The translations under genes were made by a program, and so were the position numbers. Below, one piece after another: positions 38,181 through 47,870 of a stretch of 64,000 nt of DNA. The notes under the pieces are model-generated. The model had not been told where the DNA came from, searched no databases, and saw only the letters and a program-made list of their open reading frames with translations. Origin of the DNA: an uncultured Acidobacteriaceae bacterium (GTDB lineage: Bacteria; Acidobacteriota; Terriglobia; Terriglobales; Acidobacteriaceae). The stretch is taken from positions 298,016 to 362,015 of the forward strand of contig CAWKID010000003.1 in the NCBI GenBank assembly GCA_963849545.1, written 5' to 3'. How positions within the stretch are numbered: position 1 is the first letter of the stretch; every line of letters begins with the position of its first letter.

Positions 38181-39479
38181 ATGTCCGTTGCCCAAAGCGC
38201 GCGCGAAAGCCGTCCTGAACCCACCAAGTTTTATCGCTGGCTGGTGCTGATCTTTCTCAGCCTGGCGATGTTCGGCAATTATTACTTCTACGACGCGCTC
38301 GAGCCGCTGGCCAAGCTGCTGCAGGACCAGCTTCACTTCTCCGCCCAGAACATCGGGATGCTGCAAGCCGCCTACAGCTTCCCCAACATTTTCACCGTGG
38401 TGCTCGGCGGCATCTTGATCGACCGCATCGGCACGCGTAAGGCGCTGCTGATTTTCAGCGTGCTCTGCCTGATCGGCTCCGTCATGACCGCCTACGGCGC
38501 AGCGTTCCCCATGATGGTCGCCGGCCGCTTCGTCTTCGGCATGGGCGCCGAGTCGCTGATCGTCGCCATCACCACCGGCGTGGCGAAATGGTTCAAGGGT
38601 AAGGAGCTCAGCTTCGCTCTCGGCATCAACCTGATGATCGCGCGCGGCGGCACCTTCCTGGCGCAGAATTCCCCCAGTTGGGCCAAGGGCGCTTACAACT
38701 ACTGGCAAAACCCGTGGCTCATCGGCGTCGGCTTCGTGACGCTGTGCGTGGTTGGCGCGGTTGGCTATTACATTCTGGAAGTCCGCGCCGAGAAGAGATC
38801 GTCGCTGGCGCCTGAGGGCGAGCAGGACAAGATCGTCTTCGGCGACGTGAAGGCCTTCAATCTGTCTTACTGGTACCTGGTCGGACTGTGTGTAGTCTTC
38901 TACTCGGCGATCTTCCCCTTCGAGACCTTTGCCGTCACCTACTTCGTCGACGCCAAGCACACCTCGCTGCAGCTCGGCGGATGGATGCTGAGCACGCTCA
39001 CCATGTTCACCATGATCGGCACGCCTATCGTCGGACTCTTCTCTGACAAAGTGGGACGCCGCGCCACCATTATGTTGCTGGGCACGCTGCTGCTGATTCC
39101 GGTATTCCTGCTGATGGCCTACACCAACGTTTCGCTCTACGTTCCCATGGCCATGCTGGGATTCGCCTTCACCCTGGTGCCGGCCATCATCTGGCCTTCG
39201 GTTGCATACCTGGTGCCGCAACGCACCCTCGGCACCGCGCTCGGCGTGATGACCATGATCCAGAATCTGGGCATGACGGGCATGAACACAATTCTGGGCA
39301 AGGCCAATGACGCGGCAGGAGCCAGCGCGAGCAATCCGGCCGGCTACCTTGCCATGATGAAGATCCTGACCGTGATGGGCTTCATCGGATTCGCTCTGGC
39401 CTTCCTGCTTCGCCAGCGCGAGACCGGTCCGAATGGGCATGGGTTGGAAACCATCACCGCGGCGTCGAGCGCGGCGTAA
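38181..39479 (+). CDS. MFS transporter
   Basis: 432 aa with about 12 hydrophobic segments and the MFS loop motif GGILIDRIGTRKAL. The antisense 451-aa ORF 38157..39512 is rejected. Confidence 0.9.
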   Translation: MSVAQSARESRPEPTKFYRWLVLIFLSLAMFGNYYFYDALEPLAKLLQDQLHFSAQNIGMLQAAYSFPNIFTVVLGGILIDRIGTRKALLIFSVLCLIGSVMTAYGAAFPMMVAGRFVFGMGAESLIVAITTGVAKWFKGKELSFALGINLMIARGGTFLAQNSPSWAKGAYNYWQNPWLIGVGFVTLCVVGAVGYYILEVRAEKRSSLAPEGEQDKIVFGDVKAFNLSYWYLVGLCVVFYSAIFPFETFAVTYFVDAKHTSLQLGGWMLSTLTMFTMIGTPIVGLFSDKVGRRATIMLLGTLLLIPVFLLMAYTNVSLYVPMAMLGFAFTLVPAIIWPSVAYLVPQRTLGTALGVMTMIQNLGMTGMNTILGKANDAAGASASNPAGYLAMMKILTVMGFIGFALAFLLRQRETGPNGHGLETITAASSAA

Positions 39480-39550
39480 ATCGGGAGTCTGAAGTTGCTT
39501 GGTGTCAGGCAACTAGTTTACATTGTGCCGCAGCGGTTTCTTTCCTCTGA

Positions 39551-39737
39551 TTGTCATCCTGAGCGGAGCGTTCGCCTGCCTTTCCGACGGCGCTTCGCCG
39601 CTCGGGCGACGCGTAGTCGAAGGACCGCTATCGCGGAAGACTCCACTCCATCGGTCGACCTTCAGGCTGTCGACATCGCTTCGTATAGGGCCTTCGACTC
39701 CGGCGCAAAGCCAGGCGCCTCCGCTCAGGATGACGCC
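39551..39737. repeat. family-A palindromic element (long complete copy)
   Basis: TTGTCATCCTGAGCGGAGCG...GTAGTCGAAGGACCGCTATC ... TATAGGGCCTTCGACTCCGGCG...CCGCTCAGGATGACGCC. Confidence 0.85.
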
Positions 39738-39898
39738 TAGAAAATGCTTCGGCACAAACAGTCGCGCGATGCTCAGCATCGAGCTGATGCGCAACTGCAG
39801 CATCGGTCCACTCACGCACATCCGCATCGCAACTTCTCTCCCCTCGGCGTAAAATCGAAGTTGACTGCGGAGGTCTGTCACGTCAGGAGAAGTTTGCA

Positions 39899-41145
39899 GT
39901 GAGTGCCAACCCAGAAACGAATCTGAAGCTGCCCATCTACATGGACAACCACGCCACCACGCGCTGCGATCCGCGCGTTGTGGAGGCGATGCTTCCCTTC
40001 TTCAGCGAGACCTACGGCAACGCCGCCAGCCGCAATCACGAGTTCGGCTGGATGGCCGAGCAGGCGGTCGAAGAAGCGCGCGTGCGCATCGCCAAGTTGA
40101 TCGGCGCAACGTCGAAAGAAATCATCTTCACCTCCGGCGCCACCGAGAGCGACAACCTCGCCATCAAGGGCGTCGCCGAGATGTATCGCGAGAAGGGCAA
40201 CCACATCATCACCCAGCAGACCGAGCACAAGGCGGTGCTCGACTGCTGCAAGCGCCTGGAGAAGCATGGCTTCCGCGTCACCTACCTGCCGGTCGGAAAA
40301 GACGGGCGCATCTCGCTCGACGAACTGAAAGCCGCGATGGACGACAAGACGATCCTCGTTACCATCATGGCGGCCAATAACGAGATCGGCGTGCTGCAGC
40401 CTATTCGCGAAATCGGCGCGCTCTGTCATGAGCGCGGCGTTCTCTTCCACACCGACGCGGCGCAGTCGGTCGGCAAGGTGCCGTTCAACGTGATCGACGA
40501 CAACGTCGATCTCGCCTCGATTTCCGCGCACAAGCTTTACGGGCCAAAGGGTGTGGGCGTCCTGTATGTGCGGCGCAGGAATCCTCGCGTGCAACTCGTT
40601 GCTCAGATCGACGGCGGCGGACACGAGCGTGGGATGCGCTCCGGCACGCTGAATGTTCCCGGCATCGTTGGATTGGGCAAAGCCTGCGAAATTGCCGCCA
40701 CGGAAATGGCAGAAGAGGCGATCCGCCTTGGCGCGCTGCGCGATCGGCTGGAAGACGCGATCATGAGCCTGCTCGACCGAGTGCTACATCAACGGTTCGC
40801 AGGAGCATCGACTGCCCGGCAACATCAACATCAGCTTCGCGTATGTCGAAGGCGAGTCGCTGCTGATGGGCCTCAGCGATGTCGCGGTCTCGAGCGGTTC
40901 GGCATGCACCTCGGCGACGCTGGAGCCGTCATACGTGTTGAAGGCGCTGGGTGCGGGCGACGACCTGGCGCACAGCTCGATCCGCTTCGGCATAGGTCGC
41001 TTCAACACCGAAGCCGAAGTCGACTACGTTGGCAAGCGCGTTGTTCGAGACGGTGCATCGACTGCGCGAGTTGTCGCCACTCTACGAAATGTCGAAAGCA
41101 GGCGTCGATGCGGTCAAGATGAAGTCGGCCGGGCCGTCGCTCTAA
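39899..41145 (+). pseudogene. iscS: cysteine desulfurase IscS/NifS family, two +1 frameshifts (about 40778, about 41047)
   Basis: [75 protein letters not shown]. Then in frame +1 [62 protein letters not shown]. Then in frame +2 [15 protein letters not shown]. Confidence 0.9.
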
Positions 41146-41159
41146 TTACATTCGTTGAA

Positions 41160-41200
41160 TTGTCATCCTGAACGAAGCGCACGGATCTGCGGTTGCATGT
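41160..41200. repeat. family-A element, solitary left terminus
   Basis: TTGTCATCCTGAACGAAGCGCACGGATCTGCGGTTGC. Confidence 0.6.
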
Positions 41201-41253
41201 GCCTGATCGAGCTGTCATCCTTGTCAGAGACACCAGCCGCATAGAAAGGCATT

Positions 41254-41637
41254 ATGGATTCCCTCAAGACTGAAGCTGTAGAAACCATCCCCACGGCCGA
41301 ACCCGCCAGCGGCATCCAGGTAACAGACCAGGCCGTCGCTCAAATCCGCGCGGTTCTGGCCAAGGAAAAGATCTCTCCCGACCAGGGTGGCCTGCGCCTG
41401 GGCGTACAGGGCGGTGGCTGCTCGGGCATGAGCTACGTCCTACGCTATGAAACCGAGTCCGACGAAGACGACCACGTCTTCCAATTTGGCGATGTTCGCG
41501 TCTTCATCGATCCCAAGTCGTTTGTGTATCTGCGCGGCATGGTGCTCGATTGGGAAAACACGCTGATGCGCCAAGGCTTCCTGTTCAATAATCCGAACGC
41601 AACCAAGTCGTGCGGCTGCGGTACGTCGTTCTCATAA
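41254..41637 (+). CDS. HesB/IscA-family iron-sulfur cluster insertion protein
   Basis: LRLGVQGGGCSGMSY...FIDPKS...NPNATKSCGCGTSFS (C-x(n)-C-G-C signature). Confidence 0.9.
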   Translation: MDSLKTEAVETIPTAEPASGIQVTDQAVAQIRAVLAKEKISPDQGGLRLGVQGGGCSGMSYVLRYETESDEDDHVFQFGDVRVFIDPKSFVYLRGMVLDWENTLMRQGFLFNNPNATKSCGCGTSFS

Positions 41638-41783
41638 CCACGTCGACAACGGGACGACTTGAGCGGCCGATTAACCGGTGGAGCTGTCAAACGGTGATTG
41701 AGAAACCAGGTGGGGTCGTGATAGAACTTCCCTCCTGGAACCGCAACTGCGTTTCCCAGGGCGGACACCAGCGGAGGAACGAC

Positions 41784-42002
41784 ATGGCTGCTGAATTGAG
41801 ATGGGACGACGTGGAAGACATCGCAATTGCACTTGCCGATAAGCATCGCGGAGTCGCTCCTATGGAAGTACGCTTCACCGACCTGCGGCGCTACGTCATC
41901 GAGCTGCCAACCTTCGTCGATGACCCCAGCGCCTCGAACGAAGACAACCTGGAAGCCATCCAGGCGGCCTGGCATGAAGAGTGGGAAGACCGCACGCGAT
42001 AG
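41784..42002 (+). CDS. iscX: IscX (YfhJ)-like Fe-S assembly accessory protein
   Basis: 72 aa after GGAGGAAC: MAAELRWDDVEDIAIALADKHRGVAPMEVRFTDLRRYVIELPTFVDDPSASNEDNLEAIQAAWHEEWEDR. An acidic small protein with the IscX-like W.D...IA..L / LE.IQ..W pattern. Confidence 0.65.
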   Translation: MAAELRWDDVEDIAIALADKHRGVAPMEVRFTDLRRYVIELPTFVDDPSASNEDNLEAIQAAWHEEWEDRTR

Positions 42003-42029
42003 GTTCGCCCTCGCGACTTCAAAAAATTG

Positions 42030-42377
42030 ATTGTCATCGTGAGTGCGGACGTCGGGTCCAAAATTCTTGGTGTCATTCTGAGCGCAGGTGTCGACGGTCA
42101 AGATTTTTGGGTGTCATCCTGAGCGAAGCGAGGCTAGCGGCCGAACGGAGTCGAAGGACCTGCTGTCCTGTGAGGAGGAAGAGCGCTGGTTTCGCAATGG
42201 TGAACCGCGGATCCTTCGACTCCGGATCGCAAACGACGCGATCCTCCGCTCAGGATGACAATTCTTAAGGGGCGCGCGACGCTGCTCTCAGGATGACACT
42301 TCGTAAGGGAATCGTGGCTCTCCAATCAGGATGACGATTCTAGGGGACCGTGCGCATCCCGCTCAGTGTGACGATTT
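42030..42377. repeat. nested array of family-A termini (3 left + 4 right around one core)
   Basis: Left termini: GTCATCGTGAG (42033), GTCATTCTGAGCG (42072), GTCATCCTGAGCG (42113). Core: GGAGTCGAAGGACC...GGATCCTTCGACTCC. Right termini: CGCTCAGGATGAC (42247), CTCTCAGGATGAC (42285), CAATCAGGATGAC (42324), CGCTCAGTGTGAC (42360). Confidence 0.85.
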
Positions 42378-42449
42378 TGAGCGCTACGTCTCTAACTGCG
42401 CGGCCGCGCCAACAGCTCTCCTCCAACCCTGCGATAGAATTGGGCACGT

Positions 42450-44560
42450 ATGCCCAACCTCGACGCGGTGGCGAGTTCCGAGAGCTCGTCCGCCCCGATG
42501 ACCCCGCAACCAGAGCGCTCCACCCGATTCGCACGGCATTGGGATTTTCTGGCCGTGCTGATTTTGTTTGCCGCATCGTTGCCGCTGGCCTGGGTCTCGC
42601 CGCACTCGGTCATCGCCGTGCAGCGTCCCGGCAGCTTCGACGATCACTGGGTGCTCGACGCCGCGTACAAGGTCACACACCACATTTACTTCGGACGCGA
42701 TGTCGCTTTCCTCTATGGACCGCTGGCGCATTGGCTGATGGCCGCGCCCCCTCGCCTCGCCGGATTCTCGCTCGGCTCAATTTATTCCAGCTATCGCACG
42801 CTGCTGCTGTGGTGTTCGATTCTGTTCAGCTACTTCGCTCTGCGGCTGCTGCTGCCGGAACAACCGGCGTGGAAACGCTTTCTGCTGCTGCTCCTGGTCG
42901 GAGTTTTCTGGACATCGTGGGATGGGCGCACCGCGCTTGGCATTCTGTGCTTCGCGGCGTTTCTGCGCGGCTGGTACGCAATACGCGAGGATCGCTGGAC
43001 AGCCCGTTGCCTTCGCCGTTGGCGCCGCGCTGCTGACGGCCTTTGCCTTCTGGTATTCGGCCGACACGGGCGTTTACAGCGTCGCGGCATTTCTACTTTC
43101 CTTCGGTGGCGTTGCCTGGGAGAGCCTGCGCCAGCCGCAAAAGCTTGCGCCAGTACGCCGTCGCACTCGCGACCTTCGCTGCCTGTTTCGTCGTGCTCGT
43201 CTTCGTCGTCAACACTGTCATCGCCGGGCCGTTGGACTTCCGCTTCTGGCAGACCTCGCTGGCGTTGGTCTCGGTGCATCGCTGGAACGAGCCCGCCGCC
43301 ATGACCGCCACCGGCGCAATGCATCTGTTGCTGCCGCTGGTCATCGGCACCGTCGTTGTTTCTGCTGCGCCTGTTCGGCGCGCGCCGAACGTCCTACGGT
43401 CTTCGTCGCGCGCGTGGGCTTTCTATCTGGGCGCCTACATCTTCGCCCTGCTCTCGATGCAGAGCGGCCTGGTGCGCTCCGACCCCAATCACATCATCTT
43501 CGGCGTTTTTCCGATGGTGTTCTTCTCCGGCGTCATCCTGTTTTCGTTCTCGTCGCGGCTGGCGTCGACGGCGGCGGCACTGGCTGCCGTGGTGGCTTCG
43601 CTCTACCTGTCGGAACCAGCGCCCATCTTTCATCCCGACAACATTCGCTATCGTCTGGCGCAGCATGCGTCATCCCATCACCACCTGTCCGGCGGGATAC
43701 TTGGAGTTCGACCGCGTCTGCTTCCCCAGCGATTTCGGCTCGACGCTGCTGTCGCACCGTGCAGTTACCTCGATCAGCACAGCGCGAGCGAATGAGCGCG
43801 TACTGATTTTTCCCTACCAGTACATGTTCGGCGTCGCCGCCAAGCGCGATGTCGCCGGCAGCGTCGAGCAGTCGTTCCTGGCCAACGGATCGTATCTTTC
43901 AAAGTTCGACATCGATGGCATGGAGACGCCAGCGCGCCCCGGTCGGCCTTTACTTTCGCGATGCTGACCCGCGCGAGATGACGAGCGCAACGCTGAGCTT
44001 GCCGATCGACGATGTCAGCAACTTCACGCGCACGCCGGCGGTGTGGCTCTGGATCTTCCGCCACTACCGCGCCGACCAGACGCTTTCGCCAGGCGAGATC
44101 GGACTGGTGCGCGATGATGCGCGGGCGTCGAAGATCACCGAGCAGGCGTACCCGCTGGGACTTCCGGCGAAAACGTATGAGGTCGATCAGGAGAACGCGA
44201 CGATCGATCTGGGCGCGCCGCAGTGGCCTGCCGGCGGCGCCGATTTCCTGCGACTGCGGTTGAAGGTGAAGTACAACCCGCTGTGGAAGCTGCGCAAGCC
44301 GGAAGCAGTGCAATTGGAGATCACGCGCGCCGACGGCAGCCGCTCGCTGCGGACGTTCGTCATCGAGCCGGGCGTGGCGACCGATGTGTGGTTTTATCCC
44401 TGGGATGAAGTCGGACCTGACGCGCTACTTCGACGGCGACGAGAGCCGCTGGCGCAACGCTTATCGCCCGGCGATTACCGGGTTGCGGTTGATGATCACG
44501 CCGCTGGATTGGTTCTCGCAGAAGATGTCGTCGGTGAGTGTGGAGTCGGCGACGCGGTGA
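42450..44560 (+). pseudogene. large polytopic membrane protein with soluble C-terminal domain, possibly GT-C-like; 5 +1 frameshifts
   Basis: Fragments 42450.., 42922.., 43043.., 43356.. and 43849.. plus a last shift near 44405. Each successive frame is +1. After the first TM comes a loop GSFDDHWVLDAAYK..GRDVAFLYGP. The C-terminal domain reads ...DFLRLRLKVKYNPLWKLRKPEAVQLEITRADGS..VWFYPWDE. Paralog of 45517..47692. Confidence 0.6.
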
Positions 44561-44588
44561 AGTTTCAGCTTGCACACCCATAACGTGA

Positions 44589-44645
44589 GGGTGTCATCCT
44601 GAGCGGAGGATCGCCGCCTTTGCGATCCGGAGTCGAAGGACCCCT
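44589..44645. repeat. family-A element, left half
   Basis: GGTGTCATCCTGAGCGGAGGATCGCCGCCTTTGCGATCCGGAGTCGAAGGACCCCTAT, nearly identical to the left half of the 19725 copy. Confidence 0.75.
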
Positions 44646-44763
44646 ATATCGTCCAAAACCTGCCGTCCCTCTGGACTCAGCTCCCAATCAAACGCAAACC
44701 CAGCGCTGAAGCGTTGGGCTATGCTCTTTCGTCTCGCGTTCGCGAGACTTGCTCTTCGTACCG

Positions 44764-45468
44764 CTACCCGCCCGCCAGTCTCTTCTTCAGCGCGCGCAGC
44801 GGAAACCGCATGCCCTCGTACAGAATCTTCCGGTTGAATTTCGACTTGCCCGCCTCGCGCTCGTGAAAGATGATGGGAAACTCGCGGAAGCTGGTGCCCT
44901 TGCGGTGCAGGTTGAATTTCATCTCCATCAGAAACGCGTAGCCTTCGGAGCGGATGGAATCGAGATCGATCTTGCGCAGCACCTCGGCGCGGTAGCCGAC
45001 GAAGCCCGCCGTCATGTCGTGCACCGGAACGCCCGTGAACGTGCGCGCGTAGAGGTTGGCGCCAAAGCTCAGCGTGCGCCGGCGAATGTCCCAGTTCTCC
45101 GCGCCGCCGCCCTTCACGTAACGCGATCCGATCACCACATCGTTGGTCTTCAGCAGCTCGATCATCTGCGGCAGCAGCTCCGGAGGATGCGACAGGTCGG
45201 CATCCGACTGGATCACGTAGTCCGCCAGGTTCTCGGACAGGACTTTCTTCATGCCGTCGCGGCAGGCAGAGCCGTAGCCGCCCTTGCCCGGTCGCGCCAG
45301 CAGGTGAATGTTGGGATCCGTCCCCTGGATGCGGCGAATCTCGTCGGCGGTGCCGTCGGGCGAGTTGTCGTCGACGAACAGGATTGGCTCGTCACCCGCG
45401 GCTTTGCGGATGCGTCCGACCAGCGTGGCAATGTTGTCGCATTCGTTGTAGGTGGGAATGATCAGCAT
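44764..45468 (-). CDS. GT2-family polyprenol-phosphate sugar synthase (Ppm1/DPM1-like mannosyltransferase type)
   Basis: 234 aa, intact. Contains IIPTYNECDNI, FVDDNSPDGT, VIQSDADLSHPP, VVIGSRY, HDMTAGFVGYR. No membrane anchor domain seen. Confidence 0.85.
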   Translation of the reverse strand: MLIIPTYNECDNIATLVGRIRKAAGDEPILFVDDNSPDGTADEIRRIQGTDPNIHLLARPGKGGYGSACRDGMKKVLSENLADYVIQSDADLSHPPELLPQMIELLKTNDVVIGSRYVKGGGAENWDIRRRTLSFGANLYARTFTGVPVHDMTAGFVGYRAEVLRKIDLDSIRSEGYAFLMEMKFNLHRKGTSFREFPIIFHEREAGKSKFNRKILYEGMRFPLRALKKRLAGG

Positions 45469-45516
45469 CGGGCCCTAGCTTGCGGTCGTCTCCAAATGGG
45501 TGTTTGCTGCGAAATC

Positions 45517-47692
45517 TTACTTTAGCATTTTGGATTGCGGTTCCAATGTCTGCTGCTTGACATTAGCGTCTGCGGCCATCACCAGCCGCACCGCATCGGC
45601 GCCTTCAATCGTCGATCGCCTCGCGGTTGCGTGCGAGACCCAATCGAGCGGCGTAGCAATGAATCGCAATCCGGTGATTGGCGAACGTGAATTCAGCCGC
45701 CACTGGCTAGCGTCGGCATTGAAGTAGTCGGCCAGATCGGGAGCAGCCCACGGATAGAACCAGATCTCCGTCGAGGTGTTCGGCGGCAGTACCACCCACT
45801 GCAGGTCGCGCGATCCGTCGGCGCGGCTGATCTCCAGCTGCAGGCGCTCGGGCTTGCGCAGCTTCCACAACTGGCTGTAATGCACCTTCAGCCGCAAGCG
45901 CAGGAAGTCGTATCCCGACGGCCAGTTCGGCGTGCCGATATCGGTGGCCGACTCGCGCTCGTTGATCTCGTATGTCTTTCTGCGGCAGTCCGATCGATTG
46001 CGACTGCAAGGCAATCCGCGACGCGCGCGAATCGTCGCGCACCAGCCCGACCACGCCCGGCATCAGCTGCTCGGAGGTGCGATAGTGCCGCACCATCCAG
46101 AACCACACTTCGGGAATGCGCGTGAAGTTCGGAATGCCGTCAACCGGAATGCTGAGGTAGTTGCGCGACCAGGACTGCGTCTCCTGCTTCGACCAGTGAC
46201 TGAGGTCGGCGTCGGGCATATAGAGCGCCGCGGGAATCGGCTTGCCTTCGAGCCCGGACATCTCGATGCGCACCAGATCGGGGCCGCTGGCGGTGTACGC
46301 CTGCATCAGGCCGCCGGCAACGTTGCGCCGCGAGGTCAGGCCGAACATCGTCTGATATGGAAAGACGAAGATGGAATCGTTCGCGCCGCTGTGTTGCTGC
46401 AGGAATTTGCTGCCGACGTCCAGCATCTGCGGCGTCAGCGGCTCCATGTAACAGGCCTGCTGGAATTCGTTGTAACCCGGCGGGACAGCTTGTCATCGGT
46501 TTGCGCAACTCGCCGTACAGGCGCAACACGCTGGACGGCCGGAAGACCGGATGCGAGAACAGCATCGACGCGCCGACGGCGATAAAGACTCCCAGCGCCG
46601 ACGCTGCGCCCTCGAACGAAAACAAGATGACGCCGGTGAAGAAGATCATGGCGAACTCGCCGATGATCACGTGCCCAATATCGGAGCGCACCAGCGCAGC
46701 TCTGCATCACGGCCAGTCCGAACAAAAATGCCGCCCAGCAGAAATCCGGTGCGCTCGGTGAGCGCCGGCTTATGCGTGCGGCGAGTCATCGTGCGATATC
46801 CGAAGACCAGGGCGGCAATCAGCAAGCGCGACACACAGATGCGTTGCACCCTCGTCCGTCATTGCCGCCGGAGTGGCCCAGCGATAGACGGCGACCTGCG
46901 CCAGCGACTCGCGCCAGAACTTGAAGTCGAGGGGCACGGCCATAAAGGCATTGACTACCACGGCGACGACGAAGAACGCGGCGACGAACGACAACAAGCC
47001 GACCATCAGCTTGCGGCGAAAGTCGGGCTGATAACGCGTCTCGAAAGCGACCGCGACCAAAGCAGATGACCCACGCCGCGGTGGCGTACGTGCCGGTATC
47101 ACCCGCGACGAGAAATGCAATCGCTACCAGCATCGCGCCGGCAATTCCGGCGAAGACGCTGCGCATGCGCTCCTCCTGCACGGCATACCATCCGCGCAGA
47201 AAGACCACGAAGAGCAGCACCGGCAGGTGCTGTGCGCAGCGATGTTTCCCAGAACGAAGCCAGCATCAGCAGCAAGCACAAAGCGCTTCCACGGCGGCTG
47301 CTCCGGCAAGACCAGCCGCAGCGCCAAATACGCGAAGACGAAACGCGCACCAGATGGGCAGCGTGTTCCACGTGGCATAGAGGCCGCCGACGGACAACGG
47401 CAGAGTGCGCGCCGGTATCGACGAGAGCCACTGGTAGATGGGTCCGTGGGTGAAGGCGACGTCGCGGCCAATCCAGATGCCGCGCAGCGCTTTGAAGGTG
47501 GCTGTCGAGATGCCAGTTGTCGTCGATCAGGCCGAGGTTGGGGACGAGCGTGACGGTCGCGTGCCGCAGCCACACCGTGGGAAACGATCCCAGCATGAGC
47601 AGGATGACCGCGAGGAAGTCCCAGTATCGACGCCAGAACGGAAGCGGCCGCGCAACGGCGGCGGGCGAAGCTGTGGCGAGACGCGACATCAA
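45517..47692 (-). pseudogene. paralog of 42450..44560 (polytopic membrane protein + C-terminal domain), multiple +1 frameshifts
   Basis: MMSRLATASPAAVARPLPFWRRYWDFLAVILLMLGSFPTVW..GLIDDNWHLD, then re-framed ATFKALRGIWIGRDVAFTHGPIYQWL.., ..YLALRLVLPEQPPWKRF.. The C-terminal ORF 45517..46014 reads DFLRLRLKVHYSQLWKLRKPERLQLEISRADGS..IWFYPW..ITGLRFIATPLDW. Confidence 0.6.
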
Positions 47693-47870
47693 CCTTCTCC
47701 ATAGACGAGAGACATTCTACAGTGCGAGTGCGCTTCCACAGGGTACTAACGCAGAACCCCATCACTTTCGCGAACCACTGAATTCCTGTCATACTCACAA
47801 ACCAGAACTCATCATCCATGCACACGCGCCGGCCGGCGAGCGATCGACGCCATCCGGCTCGAGAGGGGAC

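Noticed and set aside
38157-39512. 451-aa minus-strand ORF covering the whole MFS transporter gene
   Set aside because: It is the antisense shadow of a GC-rich gene. The composition is dominated by His/Arg/Gly/Asp/Gln runs with no recognisable domain or hydrophobic core, while the + strand encodes a textbook 12-TM MFS protein.
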